In this document: positions 56,353 to 64,000 of the stretch, piece after piece
Layout of the letters: the number at the start of each line of letters is the position of its first letter
Numbering within the stretch: position 1 is the stretch's first letter
Assembly (NCBI GenBank): GCA_965243025.1
Contig: CBDETY010000003.1
Span: 5,024,001 to 5,088,000 of the forward strand
Origin: Candidatus Latescibacterota bacterium
GTDB taxonomy: Bacteria; Latescibacterota; UBA2968; UBA8231
DNA: 64,000 nt
Direction: 5' to 3'
The notes under the pieces: generated by a model
Seen by the model: only the letters and a program-made list of their open reading frames with translations
The model's database searches: none
What the model was told of the DNA's origin: nothing
Position numbers and translations under genes: made by a program

Positions 56353-57264
56353 TCAGGCATCGGGCCAGCGGTACATTCGGCGCGGCTTCCTCTCCGCCCG
56401 GGCCTGCCGCCACTCCTCGACCCAGGAATCGTGGCGGCTGGCCGCCGTCGCCGGATCGTTTACGGACGGATCGGCCTTGCTGCGCACCAGCAGACCGGGC
56501 AGCGGGCGGCCGTGCGGTTTGCGCGCGTCGTTCCACCGCAGGTCCATGCTCCAGCGGACCTGATCGGACAGGTTCGGGCCGGAGCCGTGCGGCGTGCGGC
56601 AGTGGATGAAAACGACGTCCCCTTTGTGCACCGCAATCGAAACCGGTTCTTCCCCGGGCATTTCGTCGTCTGCGATCTGCCACCCGTAAGGACAGCGGAC
56701 GTGGCGGCGCAAGCCCCCGCGGTGCATTCCGGGGACGACCCTGATCGTGCCGTTGGTCTCGTCGCAGTCGACGAGGGGAATCCAGGTGGTGACGACGAGG
56801 GTATCGTCCGCTTCCGGCAGCAGGACCGCCGCATCCTGGTGCAGCGGCGACAGCTGGATCCAGTAGTGGTCCTGCTCATCGAGGTGCGACTCCGGAAGCT
56901 TGGGCCGTACGTGGTGGGTGGGGTTGCAGAAGATCTCCTCGCCGACGAGGCCCTCGACCGCATCGAGCAACCGGCTGTTGTGCAGGAAATCGAAGATCGG
57001 CCGCCGCAGGTTCAGGGGGAAGGAGACCTTGCCCTGGATCGACTCACCGGAATCCCGGGTCAGCAGGGCGATGCGCCGGTCGAACGGGGCACCGGCATGG
57101 GTGTCTTCGATCTTTCCCTGATCGCGCAGCTCGCGGGCGGCATCTTCGACGATTTCCTCCATGTCCTCGATCAATGGCTCGAGAACCGCTGCGGGCAACA
57201 GGCCGCGAACAACGAGGAATCCCCGGGAGTGAAACTCTTCTACCTGACTTGGGCTCAAGGACAT
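56353..57264 (-). CDS. Phytanoyl-CoA dioxygenase (PhyH) family Fe(II)/2OG oxygenase
   Basis: 'GFLVVRGLL', 'PLHQD', 'TWIPLVD..NG..VVPGMH', 'GDVVFIH..TPHGSGPN..R'. ATG 57264 has SD GAAAGGTG. Confidence 0.92.
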   Translation of the reverse strand: MSLSPSQVEEFHSRGFLVVRGLLPAAVLEPLIEDMEEIVEDAARELRDQGKIEDTHAGAPFDRRIALLTRDSGESIQGKVSFPLNLRRPIFDFLHNSRLLDAVEGLVGEEIFCNPTHHVRPKLPESHLDEQDHYWIQLSPLHQDAAVLLPEADDTLVVTTWIPLVDCDETNGTIRVVPGMHRGGLRRHVRCPYGWQIADDEMPGEEPVSIAVHKGDVVFIHCRTPHGSGPNLSDQVRWSMDLRWNDARKPHGRPLPGLLVRSKADPSVNDPATAASRHDSWVEEWRQARAERKPRRMYRWPDA

Positions 57265-57449
57265 GGGACGCACCTTTCGTTTCGGGATCGAATATAAGAT
57301 TTCCCGGTTTCAAGGAAGTCGGAAAGCCATGTGGGTCGCCGTTCCGGGTACATCACATTCCAGGTGGCCGCACCGGATCTTTTGATCCCCCCTGCGGGTG
57401 CTCATACCTTACACGCCCGTCGAACCTCTTTGCGAGCATCCCTCCTTCC

Positions 57450-58052
57450 ATGTCCCTGTCCCGCACCGCCATTCTGCTGACCGTCGCCGTGGTCTCTCTC
57501 GCGGAGGCCCAGCTGATCGAGGAAGCGGGGACTGGCCGCAGCGGTCTTTACGGGACCGTGGGCCTCGGGATCACCAACCTCGAACGCGGTCCCGGGATCG
57601 CCGTGCCGGTGGGACTGAGCGTGCTTGCCGCGCCTTTCCGCCTGATCGCTTCGGTCTCGCTGCTCGAACTGGTTTTTCTGCAGAAGGAAAGCACCAACTC
57701 CCAGTATCAGCGGGTCTACAGCCGCAGCGGGTACAGCGCCTGCATCGATTCGTTGGGGTACTACGTGCCGTCCTACCGGTGCACGGCCGGCACCGAGGTG
57801 CTGCGCTCGTTCAGCGGCGACATCAGCTTCGTCCCCGTGGAAACCGTCATCGTCGCCAACAGGCCTGGAAAGCTGTTTACCGGGCTCGGTTTCCGGGGCC
57901 GCAAACCGCGCACTCCCTACGGCACCATCGGTATGTTTTTCGATTCCCCCTCCGGCCGGGCGGGGGGTGTGCGCGTCAATCTCGGCCGTGATTTTTTCTA
58001 CATGGGCCTGAACTGGGGGCTGCACGCCGGGCGTCTGCTCGGCTGGAGGTGA
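57450..58052 (+). CDS. Hypothetical exported protein, small outer-membrane beta-barrel-like
   Basis: Signal peptide ending 'AEA-Q'; alternating beta-strand pattern; Cys pair in a loop. Confidence 0.55.
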   Translation: MSLSRTAILLTVAVVSLAEAQLIEEAGTGRSGLYGTVGLGITNLERGPGIAVPVGLSVLAAPFRLIASVSLLELVFLQKESTNSQYQRVYSRSGYSACIDSLGYYVPSYRCTAGTEVLRSFSGDISFVPVETVIVANRPGKLFTGLGFRGRKPRTPYGTIGMFFDSPSGRAGGVRVNLGRDFFYMGLNWGLHAGRLLGWR

Positions 58053-58110
58053 GGGGTTGCACCGGCACGCGGCGGCGTTCGCTCAATGTGGGATTGTCAG
58101 CCTGAAACGC

Positions 58111-60633
58111 ATGCCCGCCATCGCCAATGCAGCCATCCATCTCAACCTTGCTGCAGCTGTCCTGATCGCCGCAGCCTCGTCTCCGGCAGCGGCGCAGGTC
58201 ACCCTGCCCGCTGAAACACACCCCGGCCTGCTGTTTTCCGCATCCGACATTCCGGTGCTGCGGGAGCGCATCCAACGCCCCCCCTATTCGGGGTGGTGGC
58301 AGACGGTTCTCGACCGCGCCGAGAACGCACCCTCCTCTTTCGCCGCCGAACGCAGCAAGGCGCGCTACGCCAAGAGCCTGGCGTTCGCCTACCTGATGAC
58401 GGACAGGACCGTTTTCGCCGAACGGGCGGCCGAGATCATGCTCGACATGAAGTTTCCGCCCCGCGGCGGAGACCTCGGGGAACCGCACAACGAAGCGGAG
58501 GTAGTCGCCCATTACGCTGTCGCCTACGACATGCTCCACGGCTACCTCGATGCGGATCACGTCTCGCGCGCCGAGATACGGGAGATCCTGGCCGAGGAGG
58601 CGGAGCGGCTGCACGAGGGGATCGTGATCCGGGAGATCGACCTCGGTTTCCTCGGGTCGATTGAAATCCGCCTGCACGAAACCCCGGATCCGCGCAACCC
58701 CGCGATCCTCCACCTCAACAACTGGCACATACGCCCTTACGCCGGTCTCGGGCTGGCCGCTTTCGCCCTGGCCGATCATCCGGGCCGGGGGGGCAGCGGC
58801 CCGGGGGACTGGGCCGACCGCGCCTTCGGCCTGGTGACAAAGTCCCTCGACCACCAGATCGAGGAGACGGACGGAGGGTATGCGGAAGGCCCGTTCTACG
58901 CCCGCTACGCCGCCGACCTGTACCTGCCGTACATGTTTGCGCTCAAGCGCCTGACCGGAACCGACCTGTTCGTCGACCGGAAAGTCGACCTGATGCACGA
59001 CTGGTCTCTCAACCTGCGCCTGCCGAACGGCCGCCGTCCCAACATCGACGACAGCCACCTCGACGACTTCTACGGGCACTATCTCGCTTCCGTCGACGCC
59101 AACGGTCCGGTGCACCTGTGGGACTGGAAGAACAACTCCTTCGTGCAGTACGTGCGGGAATTTTCCGAAATGGATGCGATCGCCCTGTACGACGACGGCA
59201 TCGCCGCCCGGGAACCGGAGTACGGCCCCACTGTTTTCATGCCGGAGGCCGGGGACGCCGTGTTTCGCAGCGACTGGTCGGAGAAGGCGACCTACATGCT
59301 GCTGCGCGGGGAGCACGGTCGCGCCCGCGAGCAGGGACTGGGGCACGAACACGCGGACGAGACCAGCTTTCTGATTTACGCGGCCGGTGAGATGCTGGCC
59401 GTCGACGGCGGCTACATCGACTTCAGCAACCACCACAAGGTCAACGCGGGCCCCAGTCACAGCCTGATCCTCGTCGACGGCCGCGGCCCCCCGCTCGACA
59501 CCCTGCTGGGCCAGGCGGTGGATGGCGGCAACGACGCCTGGATCCAACGCTACTTCACGGGCGACTCCCTCGACTATGCCGAAGTGGCGGCGGCCTACGA
59601 GGGGGTGGGCATCCGGCGCCGGGTCATGTTCGTCGGCAGGCGCTATTTCGTCGTCAGCGACCAGGTCAGGGACGGAAGCAGCCACCGCTACGAGTGGCGC
59701 CTGCACGGCAACGGTGGAGGCACCAGCGGCGGAACGTACCGGCGAAACGGCAGTCTCGCCCGCTGGACCCGCTCGCAGGCGGAACTGCTGGCGTTCATGC
59801 CGGCCTCCGAAGGACGCACCTTCACGGAGTCCGAGGCGATTCACTCGTTCGCCTACCGCGAAGAGCCGACCCATACCCTGTTGCGCGTACAGGAGACCGG
59901 GGCGGACGTCGACTTTCTCGCCGTGCTGTTTCCGCGGGCCCTGAGCGATGCCGAACCGGTCATCGCCGCCGCGGCGGCAACAGGTGGAGAGGCGGTAAGC
60001 GTGGAGAAGAGCGGGACGACCGACTACGCCTGGAACTCCGCCGGGGGCCAGACGGTATCGGTGGCAACGGCATTCGGAACCCTGACCAGCGACGCGGGGT
60101 TCGGCATGGCGAGCTTCGGGGCCGGGGCACTCAGCGAGTTCACCTTGATCGGGGCGACCCTGTTGTCGATCGACGGGGTCCAGGTGTTTTCCGCCTCCAA
60201 CGAGACGGACGTGAGCCTGGCGTTCGCCGCAGGGAGGGCGAGCGGGTTCCTGCGCGAGGGCAGCGGGGGCACCGTCGCAACCCTGCGGATGTCCGACCCG
60301 GTAACGGACACCGGATTTTCCGGCGAGCTGGCGGGCAGCTCCTACTCCGGCGGCGCGCTGACCCTGCGGTTCTCCGGCGCCGGGCCGCTGTCGGCGGCGA
60401 CATCCGATGCCGCATCGGTGCCCACGCCCTTCCCTCCCCCCCAGGAAACCCTCCCCGCGGATTTCGACGGCAGCGGCACCGTGGACTTCGCCGACTTCTT
60501 CCTGTTCGTCGACGCCTTCGGGCAGCCGGCCCGGGGAAACCTGGCGATCTACGACCTCGACGGAAACGGCGAAGTCGGTTTCGGGGACTTTTTCAGTCTC
60601 GCCGACCAGTTCGGCCGCTCTGCCGGCGACTGA
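58111..60633 (+). CDS. Heparinase II/III-family polysaccharide lyase-like secreted protein with C-terminal dockerin/EF-hand-like duplicate
   Basis: Signal peptide; 'HPGLLFS', 'NNWH', 'DGGYAEGPFY', 'FRSDW', 'GHEHADETSF', 'HSLILVDG'; tail 'DFDGSGTVDFADF..DLDGNGEVGFGDF'. Confidence 0.85.
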   Translation: MPAIANAAIHLNLAAAVLIAAASSPAAAQVTLPAETHPGLLFSASDIPVLRERIQRPPYSGWWQTVLDRAENAPSSFAAERSKARYAKSLAFAYLMTDRTVFAERAAEIMLDMKFPPRGGDLGEPHNEAEVVAHYAVAYDMLHGYLDADHVSRAEIREILAEEAERLHEGIVIREIDLGFLGSIEIRLHETPDPRNPAILHLNNWHIRPYAGLGLAAFALADHPGRGGSGPGDWADRAFGLVTKSLDHQIEETDGGYAEGPFYARYAADLYLPYMFALKRLTGTDLFVDRKVDLMHDWSLNLRLPNGRRPNIDDSHLDDFYGHYLASVDANGPVHLWDWKNNSFVQYVREFSEMDAIALYDDGIAAREPEYGPTVFMPEAGDAVFRSDWSEKATYMLLRGEHGRAREQGLGHEHADETSFLIYAAGEMLAVDGGYIDFSNHHKVNAGPSHSLILVDGRGPPLDTLLGQAVDGGNDAWIQRYFTGDSLDYAEVAAAYEGVGIRRRVMFVGRRYFVVSDQVRDGSSHRYEWRLHGNGGGTSGGTYRRNGSLARWTRSQAELLAFMPASEGRTFTESEAIHSFAYREEPTHTLLRVQETGADVDFLAVLFPRALSDAEPVIAAAAATGGEAVSVEKSGTTDYAWNSAGGQTVSVATAFGTLTSDAGFGMASFGAGALSEFTLIGATLLSIDGVQVFSASNETDVSLAFAAGRASGFLREGSGGTVATLRMSDPVTDTGFSGELAGSSYSGGALTLRFSGAGPLSAATSDAASVPTPFPPPQETLPADFDGSGTVDFADFFLFVDAFGQPARGNLAIYDLDGNGEVGFGDFFSLADQFGRSAGD

Positions 60634-60636
60634 GAA

Positions 60637-61095
60637 TCACTCTTCGCCGGTGACGTAGGCGAGCAGCTCGACCACCTGCCCGGCGGTCTCCGCCACGGCG
60701 AGCGCCGCCGCATCCACCTCCTTGAGGGCGTGGGCGATGTCGGGGTCGTGCATGACGATGATCGCCTTCCCCAGGGCGCAGGCGAAACCGGCGTCGAACG
60801 CCGCATTCCACTGCCGGTAGCTGCCCCCGAAGCGGACCACCACGGCATCGGCATCGCCGATCAGGGTGCGGGTGCGAATGGCGTTCATTCGCGCCCCCTT
60901 CTGATCCTTCCAGAAGCCGGACTCCTCGGGGCCCAGGATGTCGACCCCGCAGTTGTCGCTGGCGGCGTGATCGGTGACCGGCGCGGTGAAGGATACCGGC
61001 AGGTGTCTCTGCGCTGCGGCAGCAATTATCCGCTCTCGCCAGTCGCTGTGGATCTCGCCGGCGAGGTACACGTTCCACTCCTTCGGCATTGCCAT
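60637..61095 (-). CDS. ytoQ: YtoQ family protein
   Basis: 'VYLAGEIHSDWRE', 'PVTDHAASD', 'NAIRTRTLI', 'YRQWNAAFDAG', 'HALKEVD'; SD GGGGAG. Confidence 0.88.
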   Translation of the reverse strand: MAMPKEWNVYLAGEIHSDWRERIIAAAAQRHLPVSFTAPVTDHAASDNCGVDILGPEESGFWKDQKGARMNAIRTRTLIGDADAVVVRFGGSYRQWNAAFDAGFACALGKAIIVMHDPDIAHALKEVDAAALAVAETAGQVVELLAYVTGEE

Positions 61096-61314
61096 TCTCC
61101 CCTGTTTCAGGTCTGTTGTGCGTCGATCTGCCCTCACGTATCTTGAGCCGCCGGCTGCCGTTCAGGCCAAAGGCGTCCATTGCGCCGCTGCCCCCGGCGT
61201 CTTGTGCCGACTCACCAAGCTCTCTCCGATCCGGCGCCCCCCCGCTGACTTTCGGTCCGGTGCCTTCCGTTCTGCAAGGTATTTCCGGGCCGTTCCGCTG
61301 CAAAGGAGTCCCGA

Positions 61315-61614
61315 ATGAAATCCGCAATCGAGCTCGCGATGGAGAAGACCGAAGAGCTGGTCGACAACCAGAACAAGCTGAGCGAGGAGCAGCTCGAGGC
61401 CATCTCCGACATCAGGAACGAATACGAGGCCAAGTGGGCGGAGCAGGAGATCGCGCTCAAACAGCGGCTCGCGAAACTGGCCCAGGAGGCCGACCCGCAG
61501 GGGTTCGCCGAGCAGCAGGGCCAGCTTCAGGAAGAGATGAACCAGGTGCGCGACAGGATCTTCAGCGAGCGGGACGGGAAGATCGAGGCGGTGCGCGCGC
61601 AGGCATCCGCCTGA
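61315..61614 (+). CDS. Hypothetical helical protein
   Basis: SD AAGGAG; 'MKSAIELAMEK..KLSEEQ..IRNEYEAK'. Confidence 0.8.
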   Translation: MKSAIELAMEKTEELVDNQNKLSEEQLEAISDIRNEYEAKWAEQEIALKQRLAKLAQEADPQGFAEQQGQLQEEMNQVRDRIFSERDGKIEAVRAQASA

Positions 61615-61647
61615 GCTGCTCGAACCGCCGGAAACGGGCCGCAGGGT

Positions 61648-62235
61648 GTGATCCACGGGGGATCCGCTGGAGGACCGGAAAAGGGCCTCCCGAACCGCGG
61701 GGACTTCTCGAAGGCGGTGCTGCCCCTGGCAGCCGCGGCTCTGGCCGCTATCGCCGGCTGCGGCTCCAATGCGGTCTCCCCGGGGGACCGGGCCCCTGCC
61801 TTCACCTTGCCTGCAGCGGACGGAACCACCGTTTCATTGTCCGGTCTGCTCGACAACCGGGCCGCAGCCGTCCTGGTGTTTTACAGGGGGTTTTTCTGAG
61901 GTGGGTGCAAAGTCCAGCTAGGTGAGCTGGCAGAAGCCTACCCCGGGTTCCTGGAACGGAACGTGTCGCTGGCGGCCATCAGCACCGATAACCCCGCCAA
62001 GGGGCTGGAGATGGCAGAGCTCACCGGCGCCGGGTTCCCCATCCTTTCGGACCTCGACGCCGAGGTGGCCAGGGACTACGGGGTCTACGACCTTCTCAAC
62101 GACAGCCTGGCGACGCCGTCGGTCTTCATCGTCACTCCCGGGGGCCGGATCGAGTGGAGATACGTCGGGCAAGACATCTCCGACCGCCTGGCGCCCGATC
62201 AAATCCTCGCCGAGGTGGACCGACTTGCAGGGTGA
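61648..62235 (+). CDS. Peroxiredoxin-like (AhpC/TSA) selenoprotein, lipoprotein, UxxC motif
   Basis: ORFs 61648..61899 and 61963..62235 share a frame and are joined across TGA 61897-99 with no other stop, reading 'VLVFYRGFF-U-GGC-KVQLGEL..AAISTD..FPILSD..TPSVFIV'. Lipobox IAG-C; 'PGDRAPAFTLP'. Confidence 0.85.
61900..61932 (+). promoter_or_regulatory. Candidate bacterial SECIS element
   Basis: Stem CCAGCT (61914-19) / AGCTGG (61925-30) with loop AGGTG starting 21 nt after the in-frame TGA; possible lower TGC/GCA pairing. Confidence 0.65.
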
Positions 62236-62296
62236 GTCACCGCAGTGGACGGTGAGGGGCTGATCAGGCCGGCCCTCGCAAATCCGTTCCGGATCC

Positions 62297-64000
62297 CTAC
62301 CTGACTATCACAAGGGGCCCTCGCTGCCGGATACGTCTGTTTCCCGCCGCCGCCTCGACCAGGTAGAGGTAGGTACCGTTGGCGACGAGGCCTCCGTCCG
62401 CGTCCCGGCCGTCCCACTCCAGCTGTCGGAACCCCGCCTCCTGTCGCCGCGGACCGAGCCGCACCACACGCCTGCCGCTGAGGCTGAAAAGCTCGACGCT
62501 CACCTCCGCCTCGTGCGACAGCACGTAGGTGAAGGCCGTCCGCTCCCTCACCGGGTGGGGGTGCACCAGCACGTTGGCCAGCGCCAGTTCATCGGCAACG
62601 ACGATTGCGAGTGTTTCCGAGCCGATTTCCCTGTCGCCGCTGAGGAGCCGCAATTGCAACTGGTGCCGGCCCGGGGGCAGATCCGGCCGGAACAGCACCC
62701 GCACCCCTGAATCCGGAGAGGCGGCGAAGGTCGAATCCGGCTGCCGCGGCGATCCGTCGACGGCGAGGAGGATCCGTCCCGATTCGACGAAGGGCCCGCG
62801 AATGAACAGCGCCTGACCCGGCAGGAGCGGATCCCCGTGCAGGAACGGCTCCCCCGCCGGCCACCGACGCGCGGAGAAACGGGGAGCATTCGGTTCCACC
62901 GGCAGCCGGATCGTGTTGTCCCCGGGGTGGGCGTCGGGCCGGCCGGGGATGAATACCCGGGCGACAACGGGGAAATCGTCCGGCTCCCCGACGAGCTCGA
63001 TGCGGACCTGGCCGGCTGCCCCGCGTTCCAGCGCAGGCAGTGTCCGGACACCCTCGGCTACGGCGCTCCCGCCGGCCAGCAGCTGGACGACCGCGCCGGT
63101 GACCGCAAATGCAGAAAGGTTGCGGACGGTTACGTCGGCGGCGAAACCGCTGTCGCCGGGTTCGACCGCGGCTGCAACGGCTTTCAGGTCGGGGGCCGGG
63201 TCCCACACCACCTCCCAGCGGTCCAGGGCGGCGGCAGCCCGCTCCCGCGTCGTGTCGCTCAAGGTGGCGTGCAGACGCAGCAGGGGATGGCGTGCGGCGT
63301 CGACCCCCGACAGATCGACCGCCCCGGGGGTGAGACCGGAGAATCCGGGCAGCGTGCTCCAGGCGCCGCCCTCGCGGGCCGACTGAAGGTCGATGGCCAC
63401 CGCACCGGAAGCCGCGACGGCCATGCTGTGCCAGCGTTCCGCAGGACCGATGGGACCGCTCCGGGCGGCCCCGGTAACCGGGATGCCCGTCCCGGAGTAG
63501 CGAAAGACCGCCGATCCCCGAAGGTCCCCCAGCCAGGCCTTGTTGTTGACCCAGTCGAACTGTCCCGTGATCGCGCGGGTGGTGTCCTGGTCGCTCATCC
63601 ATTCGTCGATGAAGCGGCCGTCCAGGGCGTCGACCATGCGAATGCGGTGCTGTCCGCCGAACTCGATGAAGTAGAGGCGTTCGCCGTCGGCGAGGATGCC
63701 GTCCGTCCACTCGAAAGTGAAGCCGGTCTCCGTCGGCGGGGAGGTGAATTCCCGCAGCAGCCGCCATCCATCGGCGGGATCGAAGACGCGAACGCCCCAG
63801 GCGGTGCGCATCCCGGATTCCGCGCTCATCGCCACGTTGTAGATGAACTCGCCGTCGGAGGTGATCAGGGAGTGTCCGTCCTCGACCTTGCCGGACTTCC
63901 ACTCGAGCAGGCCGTCCGGCACCGCCGCGGTATCGAGGCGTCCGGTCGCGAGGGATATACGCTCGATCTCGAAAGCGCGGCTGCTTTCGCTGTAGATGTA
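62297..64000 (-). CDS. Large secreted protein, partial (starts beyond the right edge), with CARDB-like and C-terminal FlgD-Ig/T9SS-CTD-like domains
   Basis: Frame is open from 64000 to the stop at 62297. 'PDLKAV..VTVRNL..PGDN'; C-terminus 'VHPHPVRERTAFTYVLS..ELFSLSGRRV..WDGRDADGGLVANGTYLY'. Confidence 0.8.
   Translation of the reverse strand, partial: YIYSESSRAFEIERISLATGRLDTAAVPDGLLEWKSGKVEDGHSLITSDGEFIYNVAMSAESGMRTAWGVRVFDPADGWRLLREFTSPPTETGFTFEWTDGILADGERLYFIEFGGQHRIRMVDALDGRFIDEWMSDQDTTRAITGQFDWVNNKAWLGDLRGSAVFRYSGTGIPVTGAARSGPIGPAERWHSMAVAASGAVAIDLQSAREGGAWSTLPGFSGLTPGAVDLSGVDAARHPLLRLHATLSDTTRERAAAALDRWEVVWDPAPDLKAVAAAVEPGDSGFAADVTVRNLSAFAVTGAVVQLLAGGSAVAEGVRTLPALERGAAGQVRIELVGEPDDFPVVARVFIPGRPDAHPGDNTIRLPVEPNAPRFSARRWPAGEPFLHGDPLLPGQALFIRGPFVESGRILLAVDGSPRQPDSTFAASPDSGVRVLFRPDLPPGRHQLQLRLLSGDREIGSETLAIVVADELALANVLVHPHPVRERTAFTYVLSHEAEVSVELFSLSGRRVVRLGPRRQEAGFRQLEWDGRDADGGLVANGTYLYLVEAAAGNRRIRQRGPLVIVR

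Noticed and set aside
61612-61650. TGA of the 99-aa hypothetical gene is in frame with the selenoprotein gene
   Set aside because: No Cys-equivalent context or hairpin, and the downstream protein has its own lipoprotein signal; a 1-in-3 coincidence.
1-64000. CRISPR arrays, rRNA, transposases, prophage, alternative genetic code
   Set aside because: No regularly spaced direct repeats or such genes were seen; TGA terminates many conserved genes normally.

Overview
A 64-kb, gene-dense, GC-rich bacterial chromosome segment with about 55 CDS and one tRNA-Leu(CAA). It uses the standard genetic code, with one probable TGA=Sec recoding. The gene repertoire (Omp85 variants, FlgD-Ig-type C-terminal domain, dockerin-like C-terminal repeats, DUF6785, heparinase II/III, PhyH, many amidohydrolases) suggests a diderm of the FCB/Latescibacterota-Gemmatimonadota-Poribacteria type; this is inference only. 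From left to right: (i) an uncharacterised membrane operon made of a 1477-aa PA/M28-like + FtsX/MacB permease fusion with a degenerate peptidase site, an OPT-like transporter and a DUF6785/6784 protein, divergent from an ECF sigma/anti-sigma pair and accD; (ii) a housekeeping block surE, rpmI-rplT-[168-bp palindromic MITE-like element]-pheS-pheT-zapB-zapA-rny-ymdB-xseA-xseB-recN-pgsA; (iii) two atypical Omp85 genes, a wecA-like/kinase/nupC unit, ogt, cupin-DUF3500-isomerase, an orphan DNA methyltransferase, hrpA and mscS; (iv) catabolic enzymes, an nfeD-nfeD-floA operon, an extra sigma70, a heparinase with a dockerin-like tail, and a lipoprotein peroxiredoxin-like selenoprotein (UGGC plus SECIS-like hairpin) that the ORF track splits in two. 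No CRISPR array, rRNA, transposase or integrase was seen. All family assignments are from motif recognition by eye; no searches were run.
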